From Desulfurococcaceae archaeon (GTDB lineage: Archaea; Thermoproteota; Thermoprotei_A; Sulfolobales; Desulfurococcaceae), in the NCBI GenBank assembly GCA_038816475.1, contig JAWBAI010000007.1, forward strand, positions 10,142 to 74,141: a stretch of 64,000 nt of DNA. The letters are read 5' to 3'. The notes below the pieces were generated by a model, which did no database searches, was not told the origin of the DNA, and saw nothing but the letters and a program-made list of their open reading frames with translations. The position numbers and the translations under genes are program-made. Positions 48,376 to 58,015 of this stretch are shown in pieces (the first letter of the stretch is position 1; every line of letters begins with the position of its first letter).

Positions 48376-49874
48376 TTCTTGTCACTGGTAAAATAGCCTG
48401 TAGTCACCTGGAAAACATAGCTGATGAAGCTAGAAGCAAGCTTAAAATAGACACAGCTGTTCTCTGCTTACCGATCCCGGTTGCAGCGATGATCACAGCT
48501 GAATACCTAGCAAGAGAACTACCAAGATACAGGGACATTGTGCACGGAGCTGACCTCATCGTGGTTCCTGGCTTCGCGAGCGGTGATATGAGATTAGTCA
48601 AGCAGGTAATTGGTGTGGAGGTGGTAAAAGGTCCAAGGTACGCTCACGACCTTATTCACGTACTTAAGTTGGTAACAGAGGGATTCAAGCTCTCACCACT
48701 TGAACCAGCCGATGAGGTCTTAGCCGAGTATCTACGAGACCGAGAGTACGAAGTTTTAAGCCAATCGAGATCAAAGGCTTCGGCGAACAAAGTGTTCGAA
48801 ATCGGAGGGTTACCCGTTAGCTCCGAGTATCCACTGTTGATCGCCGAGGTGTACGCTGATGTTACGTCTGTGAACGTAGAAAACCTTATGTATTCCGATA
48901 TCATCGTGATTGGAGCATCCCATGGTGCACCACACGAAAGAGTTAAAGAACTCATTGAGAACATTAGGAGAGCTACGGGTAAACCCGTCGGAATAGACTC
49001 CCCGGAGCTGAACCTCGTATTAGAGCTAGCTGAATCTGTTGAGCTTATTAACGGTGTACCTGTGGACATGGTAGATCAACTGGTAAACTACGCGGATACT
49101 ATTGGCGATAAACCCATTGTTATCACATCACCTCAGCATAGTGCTGAAGAGCGAGTAAGTGTTCTCCTAGAAGCTCACGACAAGCTAAGGAGAGCTGGTT
49201 TCAAAAGAATAGTACTTGACCCTGTTCTATCACCGCCACTTATTGGTCTTTCAGAGTCCCTTAAAGCGTACATAGAGCTTAAGAGAAGAGCAAGAAGCGT
49301 TCCACTCCTGATGGGCGTAGGCAATGTTACAGAGTTAGCCGATGTAGATAGCGTGGGGCTTAACGCTCTGCTTGCTTTCATCGGCGTGGAGTTGGGCGTT
49401 GAACTGTTCTTAACAACGGAAGCAAGTGTTAAAACAAGAGGCTGTATTCGTGAACTAAGAAGAGCTCTTGATATGGCCGTTGTTGCACGTGAACTCAAAC
49501 GCCCACCAAAAGACCTCTCTCTCAATCTCCTATACCTTAAAAGCAAGAAGCGCACCACCCTGGAGTTGCCTACTGCTCGGGAGATCGTAGAAGCCCGTGA
49601 GAAGCACAAGGTAATTCCAGATCCCAGAGGCTACTTCAAGATCCACGTAGACCACGACTCGGACATGATTGTACTGCAGCACTACAGATACGACTCAAAA
49701 GAACCAACCCTGGAAATCAGAGGTAAAGATCCATATTGCATACTGCGGGTTTTAATTGAAAGAAACCTTGCATCCAGGCTTGATCACTACTTCTACATAG
49801 GTTATGAGCTTGCAAAAGCCGAGATTGCACTGAAGATAGGGAAAGAGTACGTGCAAGACGAGAACCTCTTTTAA
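48366..49874 (+). CDS. Dihydropteroate synthase-like protein with C-terminal DUF4346-type domain (conserved N-terminus starts at ACG 48366; first ATG 48489)
   Basis: KVVLVTGKIA N-terminus, VKGP...DL, DPVL.P, GNVTEL.D.DS.G.NA, PKDL, DP.GYF, Y.G.EL.KAE.AL..GK.Y.QD. Confidence 0.88.
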   Translation, partial: TKVVLVTGKIACSHLENIADEARSKLKIDTAVLCLPIPVAAMITAEYLARELPRYRDIVHGADLIVVPGFASGDMRLVKQVIGVEVVKGPRYAHDLIHVLKLVTEGFKLSPLEPADEVLAEYLRDREYEVLSQSRSKASANKVFEIGGLPVSSEYPLLIAEVYADVTSVNVENLMYSDIIVIGASHGAPHERVKELIENIRRATGKPVGIDSPELNLVLELAESVELINGVPVDMVDQLVNYADTIGDKPIVITSPQHSAEERVSVLLEAHDKLRRAGFKRIVLDPVLSPPLIGLSESLKAYIELKRRARSVPLLMGVGNVTELADVDSVGLNALLAFIGVELGVELFLTTEASVKTRGCIRELRRALDMAVVARELKRPPKDLSLNLLYLKSKKRTTLELPTAREIVEAREKHKVIPDPRGYFKIHVDHDSDMIVLQHYRYDSKEPTLEIRGKDPYCILRVLIERNLASRLDHYFYIGYELAKAEIALKIGKEYVQDENLF

Positions 49875-50062
49875 GCTATAGTACTGGTTCTTCGCTTAAT
49901 TTGTTCACATGCTTTTATCGGACTCAACTGGTTGCAAAGAACTAACTGCACATAGAAACCCCCATGTTTATTCACAAAGCTGTTCGGTTCAGCCGACAAC
50001 CCTTTTACACCTGACACTGCGTTATTTAGGAGCTTTACCAAGTGGTTTTACATGGTGTCATT

Positions 50063-50263
50063 TTGAAAACTATCAAGTGCCCTTACTGCGGGTTTGAGGA
50101 CAAATCACCCGAGTTCATCTACATCTACGAGGCTACACTCTACGTTTACAATGGAGAAGTTGAACGCGAGGAGAGGGAAAGACCTGTTCTCGTTATCTGT
50201 CCAAGGTGTAAGCAAGGTTTCTTCCTAGAGGACCCCTACGCTAGGGCTAAAAAGACTTTGTGA
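50063..50263 (+). CDS. Small CPxCG zinc-finger protein
   Basis: CPYCG and CPRC; TTG start at 50063 preceded by a GGTG SD. Confidence 0.8.
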   Translation: MKTIKCPYCGFEDKSPEFIYIYEATLYVYNGEVEREERERPVLVICPRCKQGFFLEDPYARAKKTL

Positions 50264-50399
50264 ATCACTTGTGCAAATGCATCGTTGTACGGGAGAACTT
50301 CGTTGTTTTGCAAAGACGCCAAATGCTATTAAAGCTGAATTTGCATATATACAACTGTAACACCTTATTAGAGGCTAAGTAAGCGTTGATTAGGGCTTA

Positions 50400-52043
50400 G
50401 TGATGTCAGAGGTGCTTGAACCTTTAGTGGTGATAAGCTTGGAGCATGCTGGTGAAGAGTTCAAACCAAAACTGTTCATGCCCTACAACGGTCAGATCAG
50501 AGATCCCATCCATGGCTACATAGACTACATAAAGGAGCTTGAAGGAGCCGTTATGGACAGCTGGGTAATGCAGAGACTTAGATACATTTATCAGCTTCAG
50601 GCTGCACACTTCGTGTATCCCGGTGCCACGCACACAAGGTTTTCCCACTCCCTTGGCGTAATGCACTTGTCCTACAAGTACATTACGCTCGTTCTTAGAT
50701 CCTCCATCGAAAGCCTTCCAAGCAATGAAAGATCCTTTGCTACTAGGTACTACAGAGAGATAACTACGGCAACCAGGCTTCTCGGGCTATTGCACGATAT
50801 AGGTCATGGACCCTTTAGTCACGCCTTCGACAAGCACGTCTACATGCAGAAGAAGTTCTTAAACTACAGAGTTGGAAACCACGAGGTTCTAGGCTACGTT
50901 CTCTACAAGTTCTACGTGAGAGACCTCATCGAGAAAGCCTTGGTCGAAAATAGAAGTACACTTGAGCTAGACGTTGATACAACACTTGAACTCCTAGATG
51001 CTGGAATGAAGCCGTCCACTGGAGTGAAAATGTTCACAGATCTGCTAAGCAAAAATGTACTTAGTGAAAACGATTTCTTTGTACCTGAGAAGCACAACGG
51101 ATTCGAAGTTGTATCCAGGATCATAGTAAGGGACTACATATACACAAGTGACATCATGGACTATCTGAAGCGCGATAGCTACTTCACAGGTGTTCCAATG
51201 GGTCAAATAAACGATGACTGGATTATTAGAAACTCATACGTGCTTGAAAAGAACGGTAGATTAACCATCGGTGTTGCTTCTAAAGCTCTCGACGAGATTG
51301 CAAGACTATTCGATGCTAGAAAACTCATGTACAAGTACGTCTACTTGCACCCGGTAAACGTAGCCTTCATAGAGACCTTAGGTTCCCTGCTACCCTGCAT
51401 AAAGAGCTTCATAGCAGATGTTCTAGAAAAGGTCATCAACGACCCCGGAAAAGTTGAACACTACATGAAGTTGACAGATCACTCGATATACTCTAAACTG
51501 CAAGAGTTACTCATAAACCCAGAAGCTTCGGAGTGCGAAGATAAATCCTACGTTAAGAAAGCGCTGGAAACACTGTTCTACAAGAGAAAGCCACTATGGA
51601 AGCAAGTTACGAGATTAACGTACGACCTCAGAGAAGCCAGTGTTCTCTACGGTGAAATAGGAATGAGGGTTCAAGAGCTGATCAAGGATAAGATAAGGCA
51701 GGAAGTATCAGCTTCTCTAAGGTCCAAGAACGTTGAACCACAAAACATTGAAGTAGTATTCGACAAAATAGACGTTTATCCAACTGCAGGAAGCGAGATA
51801 CTGGACAAGATCGAAATCGTAGATGTAAAGAACGGGAAACTAGTGTACGTGGAGTCGATTGATCTGAACGATTTTGCGGAAAAGGCGGGTCTTAAACCTG
51901 AAGCCTTGATTACAATTTACGTTGATAGAGACGTATACAAGAGACTCGAGGGCGATGACATATCGAAGGTAATTGATGTATCGAAGAGTATTGTTGAAAG
52001 CTCAATTAAAGGAAAAAGAAAAGAAATACCTGAAACCAGCTAA
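50400..52043 (+). CDS. HD-domain phosphohydrolase (SAMHD1/dNTPase-like)
   Basis: RDPIHG, QRLR.I.QL, PGATHTRFSHSLG, LLHDIGHGPFSH, DIMDYL.RD. Confidence 0.93.
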   Translation: MMSEVLEPLVVISLEHAGEEFKPKLFMPYNGQIRDPIHGYIDYIKELEGAVMDSWVMQRLRYIYQLQAAHFVYPGATHTRFSHSLGVMHLSYKYITLVLRSSIESLPSNERSFATRYYREITTATRLLGLLHDIGHGPFSHAFDKHVYMQKKFLNYRVGNHEVLGYVLYKFYVRDLIEKALVENRSTLELDVDTTLELLDAGMKPSTGVKMFTDLLSKNVLSENDFFVPEKHNGFEVVSRIIVRDYIYTSDIMDYLKRDSYFTGVPMGQINDDWIIRNSYVLEKNGRLTIGVASKALDEIARLFDARKLMYKYVYLHPVNVAFIETLGSLLPCIKSFIADVLEKVINDPGKVEHYMKLTDHSIYSKLQELLINPEASECEDKSYVKKALETLFYKRKPLWKQVTRLTYDLREASVLYGEIGMRVQELIKDKIRQEVSASLRSKNVEPQNIEVVFDKIDVYPTAGSEILDKIEIVDVKNGKLVYVESIDLNDFAEKAGLKPEALITIYVDRDVYKRLEGDDISKVIDVSKSIVESSIKGKRKEIPETS

Positions 52044-52063
52044 ACCCACGGTGGATAAAACCT

Positions 52064-52906
52064 TTGTTAATTTTTAACGACTTGATGACAATTCTTAGAG
52101 AGATTCTAAGGTTCATAGTCAGCATACTCATACTTATAACCCTGGCATCTATTCTTGCTAGGAGAAAGAAACAGTATACCCCTACACTGCTGAGCGAATT
52201 TAAACTCAAATTGAGAACCACGCCACACGCAATAATTCTACCTACTACTCTAAGGTACGAGCATGGGTACATTCGTCTTAGAAAAATACTCAGCGCTCAC
52301 GTTACCGGCGAAGAAGTTAGAGCGGAGTGGAAAGGATCAAAGACTGTTCGCGAAGATAACTTCATAGATGTTCGCGAGCTGTGCATGGATCCGCCTCTCC
52401 TCGCGAAGAGCGAAACCATGTACCAAGCACTCTTACCCGGTGTTATGGTCATGAACGGTAAGTACAAAGGAGCGGTAATCGCGTGCTTCAACACGAGTAG
52501 ACTGAACGCGAAAGGCTTTATACACGACCTATACGAGTACGGGTTTACAAAGGGGTACGTGGAGATCTCGGGCGGTATCATAAAGGTCCTTCTTGAACAC
52601 CAGGATTTTGGAGCTGGGAATGGTAAGAAGTCCAGAGTGAAACTGGATTTATGCTCAGTGAGGAACATTAGATCATGTATGCGAATCCTGGAGTTAACGG
52701 GTAGCGGTGTAAGAGAACTCAAGTACACGTATCCTGTTACCAGGTTAGTAATTATCGGTTACAGTAACGGTGAGGGTTTCGATGAACTCTTTAAAATCAT
52801 AGACAAAGCACCGAGTGTTATAGGTCCTGGACTAGTGCTTAGGCTTACCACTAAGAGAGGTTTTACAAAGCGGGTTACTATGAGCGCGCTGGAGTACTTT
52901 GGTTGA
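52064..52906 (+). CDS. Hypothetical protein with N-terminal membrane anchor
   Basis: Hydrophobic helix followed by RRKK; 280-aa ORF. Confidence 0.6.
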   Translation: MLIFNDLMTILREILRFIVSILILITLASILARRKKQYTPTLLSEFKLKLRTTPHAIILPTTLRYEHGYIRLRKILSAHVTGEEVRAEWKGSKTVREDNFIDVRELCMDPPLLAKSETMYQALLPGVMVMNGKYKGAVIACFNTSRLNAKGFIHDLYEYGFTKGYVEISGGIIKVLLEHQDFGAGNGKKSRVKLDLCSVRNIRSCMRILELTGSGVRELKYTYPVTRLVIIGYSNGEGFDELFKIIDKAPSVIGPGLVLRLTTKRGFTKRVTMSALEYFG

Positions 52907-52967
52907 GCAATTGCGGAGCCCTCCAAGTGTATATTAGACCCTACAGTTTTGTACTATTGACCTAGGG

Positions 52968-53465
52968 ATGCTTATGAACAGTTTGCTATTACTGCAAGCT
53001 GTTATAATAGCTTTTCTACCCATCTTCGAAGTTCGCGGTGCAATACCCTTAGTTGTTTTCACGGCTAGTACTCCAGCTGAGTTTTACCTCGGGGTAATTC
53101 TCTCAGTGGTTTCGAACATGCTTGTACCGCTCGTAGCCTTTAAGCTACTAGAGTACCTGGACTACGTTGTGAACCACGAAAGAACGCCCCGTTCTCTTAA
53201 GAGACTTTACAGCTGGTTACTAACTCTGGGAAGAAAACGGGCCTCGAAGCTTAGAACAGGTAGTTATGTAGCTCTTGCACTATTCGTTGGCTTACCATTT
53301 CCGGCAACGGGTGCATGGACAGGTACTCTTGTAGCATTTGTTCTCGGGATGAACAAGAGGAAAGCTACTCTCTGGATAATCCTTGGTGTTTTAATAGCAT
53401 CATTCATAGTTCTTCTAGCATCTGTACTCGGGCTAGAAGTTCTAAAGAAGGTATTTCTACTGTAG
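52968..53465 (+). CDS. COG2426 small multi-drug export-like membrane protein
   Basis: P.FEVRGAIP; FVGLPFPATGAWTG. Confidence 0.9.
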   Translation: MLMNSLLLLQAVIIAFLPIFEVRGAIPLVVFTASTPAEFYLGVILSVVSNMLVPLVAFKLLEYLDYVVNHERTPRSLKRLYSWLLTLGRKRASKLRTGSYVALALFVGLPFPATGAWTGTLVAFVLGMNKRKATLWIILGVLIASFIVLLASVLGLEVLKKVFLL

Positions 53466-53551
53466 CTTCAGTTAAGACAACTCTGCAGAGGAATTCGGTT
53501 TTAAACTCGGTATGAATACCCCGTGCTTGGTGATACGAAGAGAGCTGTTGG

Positions 53552-54976
53552 GTGCTTAACATGGAATCTACGCTTGGAGCCTACAGGGATAGAGTAATTA
53601 ATGGACCTATCGGAAAAACACTCCTATGGCTTGGTCTACCGCTCATGGCTGTACAGCTAGTACACGTGTCCTACAACATTGCCGATGCCTACTGGCTTAG
53701 CCGATACAGCGAGTACGCTTATGCTGCTCCGAGACAGATATGGCCTTTTTTCATGTTTCTAAATGCGATAGCAATGGGTATATCAACAGCTAACACAGCG
53801 TTGATAAGTCAAGCTATTGGTGCTAAGGATTACGAGTACGCTAAAAGAGTTATATCGTACTTCATTACACTCAATGTACTCCTAAATGCTGCTGCAGCTA
53901 CACTTTTCTACTTGCTCAGACCATGGATGTTCAGGTACCTGATAAATGTCCCACCAGAGATCTACAGCTACGTAATGGTATACTCGGCCATTGTTACTTT
54001 TGATCTCTTCATAGCAGCTTTCACTATCAGCTATTCCTCCATTTTCCAGTCCATTGGCGATACTAGAACACCATCGAGAATAGGGGTTATCTCCGCTATG
54101 ATGAACATTGTTCTAGACCCTCTAATGATATTCGGTGTAAGGATCAGGAATGTTGAGATCATTCCTTCGATGGGTGTAGCTGGTGCTGCACTAGCTACCG
54201 TGCTCTCGAGGCTTACAGGCTTAGTTCTACTACTTAGAGTAATCCGTAAAAGATACGCTGTATTAACACCCAGGTTAACACTAAGCATTGACAAGGACTG
54301 GTTGCATAGAACAATCAGAATAGGTGCTCCTGTAACACTCATGATGATGAGCAATAGTCTAGCCTTCATGTTTCAGCATCGATTGATAAACTCTTTCGGA
54401 GCATACGCGGCAGCCGCTGCAGCTATTGGCTTCATTCTAATGGATCTCGCGGATGCCGCACTATGGGGTTTCACAATGTCTGTTGCAACTATGATTGGAC
54501 AAGCTATTGGTGCTGGACTCGAGAGTAGAGCTAGAAGAGTTGCTTCGAGAGCTATACTGTACATTGGTGTAGCCACCTCAATGGGTTCACTCGTTGTCTA
54601 CGTGCTACGCATGTTCTTCATACAGCTTTTCACGAATCTGGAAGCTGTTGTAGTTGAGGCTGATCTCTTCGTGTCGATCTTCATATTCTCGTTACCCACG
54701 TTCGCAATATTCTTCATAGGTATGTCCATTGGCAGAGGATCTGGTCACACGCTGTACCCAACAATCCTAGGCATCATAAGGCTCTGGGTTCTAAGGCTAG
54801 GAGTAGGTTACCTCCTAGCGTTCCACACGGATATGGGAACAATAGGTATTTGGACAGCTATGTCTCTCAGCAACGTGGTTTCAGGTTTAGCGATCATACC
54901 CTGGGCTCTCCGGGGTAAGTGGACAACACCCGTGATCAAGAAACATTACCTGCATGCTGTACCTGCTAGAGGCTAA
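53552..54976 (+). CDS. MATE family efflux transporter
   Basis: YNIAD, SQAIGA, GDTRTP, NIVLDP, GVAGAALAT, GQAIGA. Confidence 0.95.
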   Translation: MLNMESTLGAYRDRVINGPIGKTLLWLGLPLMAVQLVHVSYNIADAYWLSRYSEYAYAAPRQIWPFFMFLNAIAMGISTANTALISQAIGAKDYEYAKRVISYFITLNVLLNAAAATLFYLLRPWMFRYLINVPPEIYSYVMVYSAIVTFDLFIAAFTISYSSIFQSIGDTRTPSRIGVISAMMNIVLDPLMIFGVRIRNVEIIPSMGVAGAALATVLSRLTGLVLLLRVIRKRYAVLTPRLTLSIDKDWLHRTIRIGAPVTLMMMSNSLAFMFQHRLINSFGAYAAAAAAIGFILMDLADAALWGFTMSVATMIGQAIGAGLESRARRVASRAILYIGVATSMGSLVVYVLRMFFIQLFTNLEAVVVEADLFVSIFIFSLPTFAIFFIGMSIGRGSGHTLYPTILGIIRLWVLRLGVGYLLAFHTDMGTIGIWTAMSLSNVVSGLAIIPWALRGKWTTPVIKKHYLHAVPARG

Positions 54977-55060
54977 ATTTGCTCGGTTCGTTAAACCTCA
55001 TCGTGGATACTAGTGCAGGTTTAAGACCTTGCATCTACTACATGTTTAAACTGGGAAGAT

Positions 55061-55115
55061 GCGTTGATGAAGACTTTTGGGTCTGATCAGTGAAGATACG
55101 GTGGGTTTCTGAGCA
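55061..55115 (+). ncRNA. C/D-box methylation guide sRNA
   Basis: C TTGATGA 55064-70, 12-nt guide, D' CTGA 55083-86, C' GTGAAGA 55090-96, 12-nt guide, D CTGA 55109-12; intergenic. Confidence 0.9.
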
Positions 55116-55162
55116 AACCGGGTTCGCTACGCAACGATTCCTCAGCTCAAGAACCATGCACA

Positions 55163-55867
55163 ATGGTGTATTACCTGATGCCTTACGAATGTAATAGTAC
55201 TCTGCGCAAAGCTCTCAGTGCTCTGGTGGAGTGGTTCAAGGAGCACGGAGCCAGATTCCCGTGGAGAGGGGAAATAGGCTGGTACGGTATTCTCGTAGCT
55301 GAAACCATGCTGATTAGAACCAGGAGAACAGTCGCTGAGAGAGTTTTCATAGAGTTTATGGAGAAGTACCCTACTCCAGAGTCCTTGTGTAAAGCTGACT
55401 CCGTGGAGGTAGAAGCGTTGTTCAGGAAAATCGGTTTACCCTGGAGAGCCCGGAAACTCAGAGAAACCGTGTGTCGTATTCTATCGGAGTACCGAGGAGT
55501 TCTTCCGTGTAGCTACAGTGAACTTGTGGAGTTACCAGGTGTAGGAGAATATGTAGCTCGAGTTCTCTTGGCTCGTGTTTGCAAAAAACACTATGCCTTC
55601 GTTGATTCAAACATCAGCAGAGTCTTCAGTAGACTAGTTGGGTTGGATCTAGACGTTAAAGCCATTGAAAGAATCCTTGAAGCCTGCACCGAGCCCGGTG
55701 AGCTGATCATGGTTAACACAGCGCTACTGGACGTTGGAGACTTGTACTGTAAGCCTAAAGAACCTGCCTGCACGCTATGCCCACTGAAGGAAGCCTGCTC
55801 ACATGGATTGCAAACCCGAGAAGCATCCTCGAGCAGAGCAGAAGCTAATTTACCTCTCAATGCATGA
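55163..55867 (+). CDS. HhH-GPD DNA glycosylase (MutY/MIG-like) with Fe-S loop
   Basis: FPWR, VAETML..T, LPGVGEY, VDSN, C....P.C..CPL...C. Confidence 0.9.
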   Translation: MVYYLMPYECNSTLRKALSALVEWFKEHGARFPWRGEIGWYGILVAETMLIRTRRTVAERVFIEFMEKYPTPESLCKADSVEVEALFRKIGLPWRARKLRETVCRILSEYRGVLPCSYSELVELPGVGEYVARVLLARVCKKHYAFVDSNISRVFSRLVGLDLDVKAIERILEACTEPGELIMVNTALLDVGDLYCKPKEPACTLCPLKEACSHGLQTREASSSRAEANLPLNA

Positions 55868-55893
55868 TTGATTCCATGCCTGCGTGGTGAGTT

Positions 55894-57246
55894 ATGAGCA
55901 ACGTACTTGTGAAGAACGGGCTTGTTGTAACATCACATGGTATATACAGATGGGATATCAAGATACTGAACGGTATTATAGCTGAGGTAGGCGCAGGATT
56001 ATCGAGCAGTGGCGTTGAGGAGGTCGTGGATGCGGCTGGATGCTACGTTTTCCCAGGGGTTGTAGACGAGCACGTTCACATGCGGGAACCTGGCTTAGAG
56101 TACAAAGATGACTTTGAACATGGTTCTAGGGCGGCTGTTAAGGGTGGTGTAACCACAGTTATAGAGCATCCTAACACCATACCTCCCGTCGATTCAGCGA
56201 GTAGGCTAATCTCCAAGGCTAAGGCTTTGGAACCCAAGGCTTACGTTGACTACGCTCTTCTCGGGGTTTTACACGATGGAAACGTGCACGAGTTCGAGGA
56301 CATTCTGAGCGCTGGTGCTATCGGGTTCAAGGTTTTCATGGGTCCAACAACCGGTAATATACCACCACCGAGTGATCATGCACTCGTAGAGATTCTTTCT
56401 AAATCCGCAAAAACAAACACCAGGATAATGTTTCACGCTGAGGACCACGCGCTAGTAGTATACTTCACCGAGGTTGCAAAGAAGCTAGGCGAAGACCCTG
56501 CTCTCCACGAGCAAGCAAGACCACCGCTCGCAGAGGTTTACAGTATTGCGAAGATAGCAACTGTAGCCAAGTACACTGGTGGAAAAGTGCACATTGTTCA
56601 TGTATCTTCTGCTGACGCCTTAGAAGCGGTGCTCAAAGCCCGAGAGGTCGGTGTAGACATTACAGCTGAAACGTGTCCACACTACCTGGTGCTTGAGAAG
56701 AGTGATTACTACAAGTATGGTTCATTGATCAAGGTGAACCCACCTATACGTGGCGGGATTCACAGGGAAACGCTGCTGAAGGCTACTGCGAGAGGGGTAG
56801 TTGATACCATAGGCTCAGACCACGCACCTCATGCACCAGAGGAGAAGCTGAGAAGCATCTGGGACGCAGCTGCAGGAATGCCGGGTGTTCAAACGCTTTT
56901 CCCCATTATGCTAGACTTAGCGCTTAGAGGTCTCATTCCGTTGACCGTTCTGCCAAGATTACTCTCCGAGAACCCTGCTAAGCTGTTCAAGCTTTACCCG
57001 TGGAAGGGTGCTATAATCCCCGGTTCCAGCGGAGACCTCGTAATCGTGGATCCGAGCAGTGAGTTCACCGTTACAGAGAAATGGCTCGAGTACAAGCACA
57101 AACTTACACCGTTCCTAGGCTGGAGGTTAAAGGGTAGAATAAAGTACGTTACTCTACGTGGATACATCGTGGTAAGAGATGGTGAATTAACCGGTGTAAA
57201 AACCGGTAGATGGTTAACCAGAGGTGAGCTGCTCGATGAGGGATAA
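55894..57246 (+). CDS. Cyclic amidohydrolase (dihydroorotase/allantoinase family)
   Basis: PG.VD.HVHMREPG, GGVTT, FKVF, HAED, ETCPHYL, KVNPP.R, SDHAPH. Confidence 0.92.
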   Translation: MSNVLVKNGLVVTSHGIYRWDIKILNGIIAEVGAGLSSSGVEEVVDAAGCYVFPGVVDEHVHMREPGLEYKDDFEHGSRAAVKGGVTTVIEHPNTIPPVDSASRLISKAKALEPKAYVDYALLGVLHDGNVHEFEDILSAGAIGFKVFMGPTTGNIPPPSDHALVEILSKSAKTNTRIMFHAEDHALVVYFTEVAKKLGEDPALHEQARPPLAEVYSIAKIATVAKYTGGKVHIVHVSSADALEAVLKAREVGVDITAETCPHYLVLEKSDYYKYGSLIKVNPPIRGGIHRETLLKATARGVVDTIGSDHAPHAPEEKLRSIWDAAAGMPGVQTLFPIMLDLALRGLIPLTVLPRLLSENPAKLFKLYPWKGAIIPGSSGDLVIVDPSSEFTVTEKWLEYKHKLTPFLGWRLKGRIKYVTLRGYIVVRDGELTGVKTGRWLTRGELLDEG

Positions 57247-57257
57247 AATTAACAGGT

Positions 57258-57527
57258 CTAGAAGACTATTCTAAACCCCTTCAGATCTCCTCGTGGCGGT
57301 TCATACGTTATTTTCACATTGGTAACATGGCCCGGACCCCGTGTTTTTATGGTCTCTACGAGGTTCTCGATGAGCTTTTCATCACCTTCAACTACTATTT
57401 CAACAGAACCATCGCTGAGGTTTCTCACATACCCGTTTAAACCGAGTCTTCTAGCTTCTCTGTAAACAAAGTACCTCATTCCAACACCTTGAACTATACC
57501 GTACAACCTGATCGTAGCTCTCTTCAT
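57258..57527 (-). CDS. acyP: Acylphosphatase (start probably ATG 57527)
   Basis: GIVQGVGMR, GYVRNL.DGSVE. Confidence 0.93.
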   Translation of the reverse strand: MKRATIRLYGIVQGVGMRYFVYREARRLGLNGYVRNLSDGSVEIVVEGDEKLIENLVETIKTRGPGHVTNVKITYEPPRGDLKGFRIVF

Positions 57528-58015
57528 GGGGAGTACCTTGGTCGAAGTTTTCACCACAACACCCATATTGTGGAATGCGCCTCAAAAACACTTCTATATT
57601 TTCGGTTTCACTTGGACCCACGATACGCTCGGATCATCAATGGTCTGTAACAGTTTCTCGGCAACTGCAAGACTCAGCTTCTACCCGAGCAATGGGTTTG
57701 TGGACATAAACCATGTACACACCCACCGCTATGCACCAACACGAGTAGGAAAGATAGAGTTACAGAAGGCTTTGCGATCGCCTTAACATGAAAACCTAGG
57801 GGCTTAGAGACATATAGTCATACTTGAATTTGAAGGTTCTTCGAGCTTGTAGAGAGCATTGTGCAGAAAGCAAAAATCCATGGAGTGTGCTCTTTAGTCT
57901 CTTAAAGCAATACAGTACACTTGGACGCTTTGCTTACGTGTTTAGATTCTAGGCTAGCTCCAGAAAAAATGTTGCAGTATCATAGTTCCCCAAATAGCAC
58001 TGGTTGTTCTAGGAA

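Noticed and set aside
57600-58000. 400-bp gap with short ORFs
   Set aside because: No recognisable protein motif, RNA boxes or repeat.
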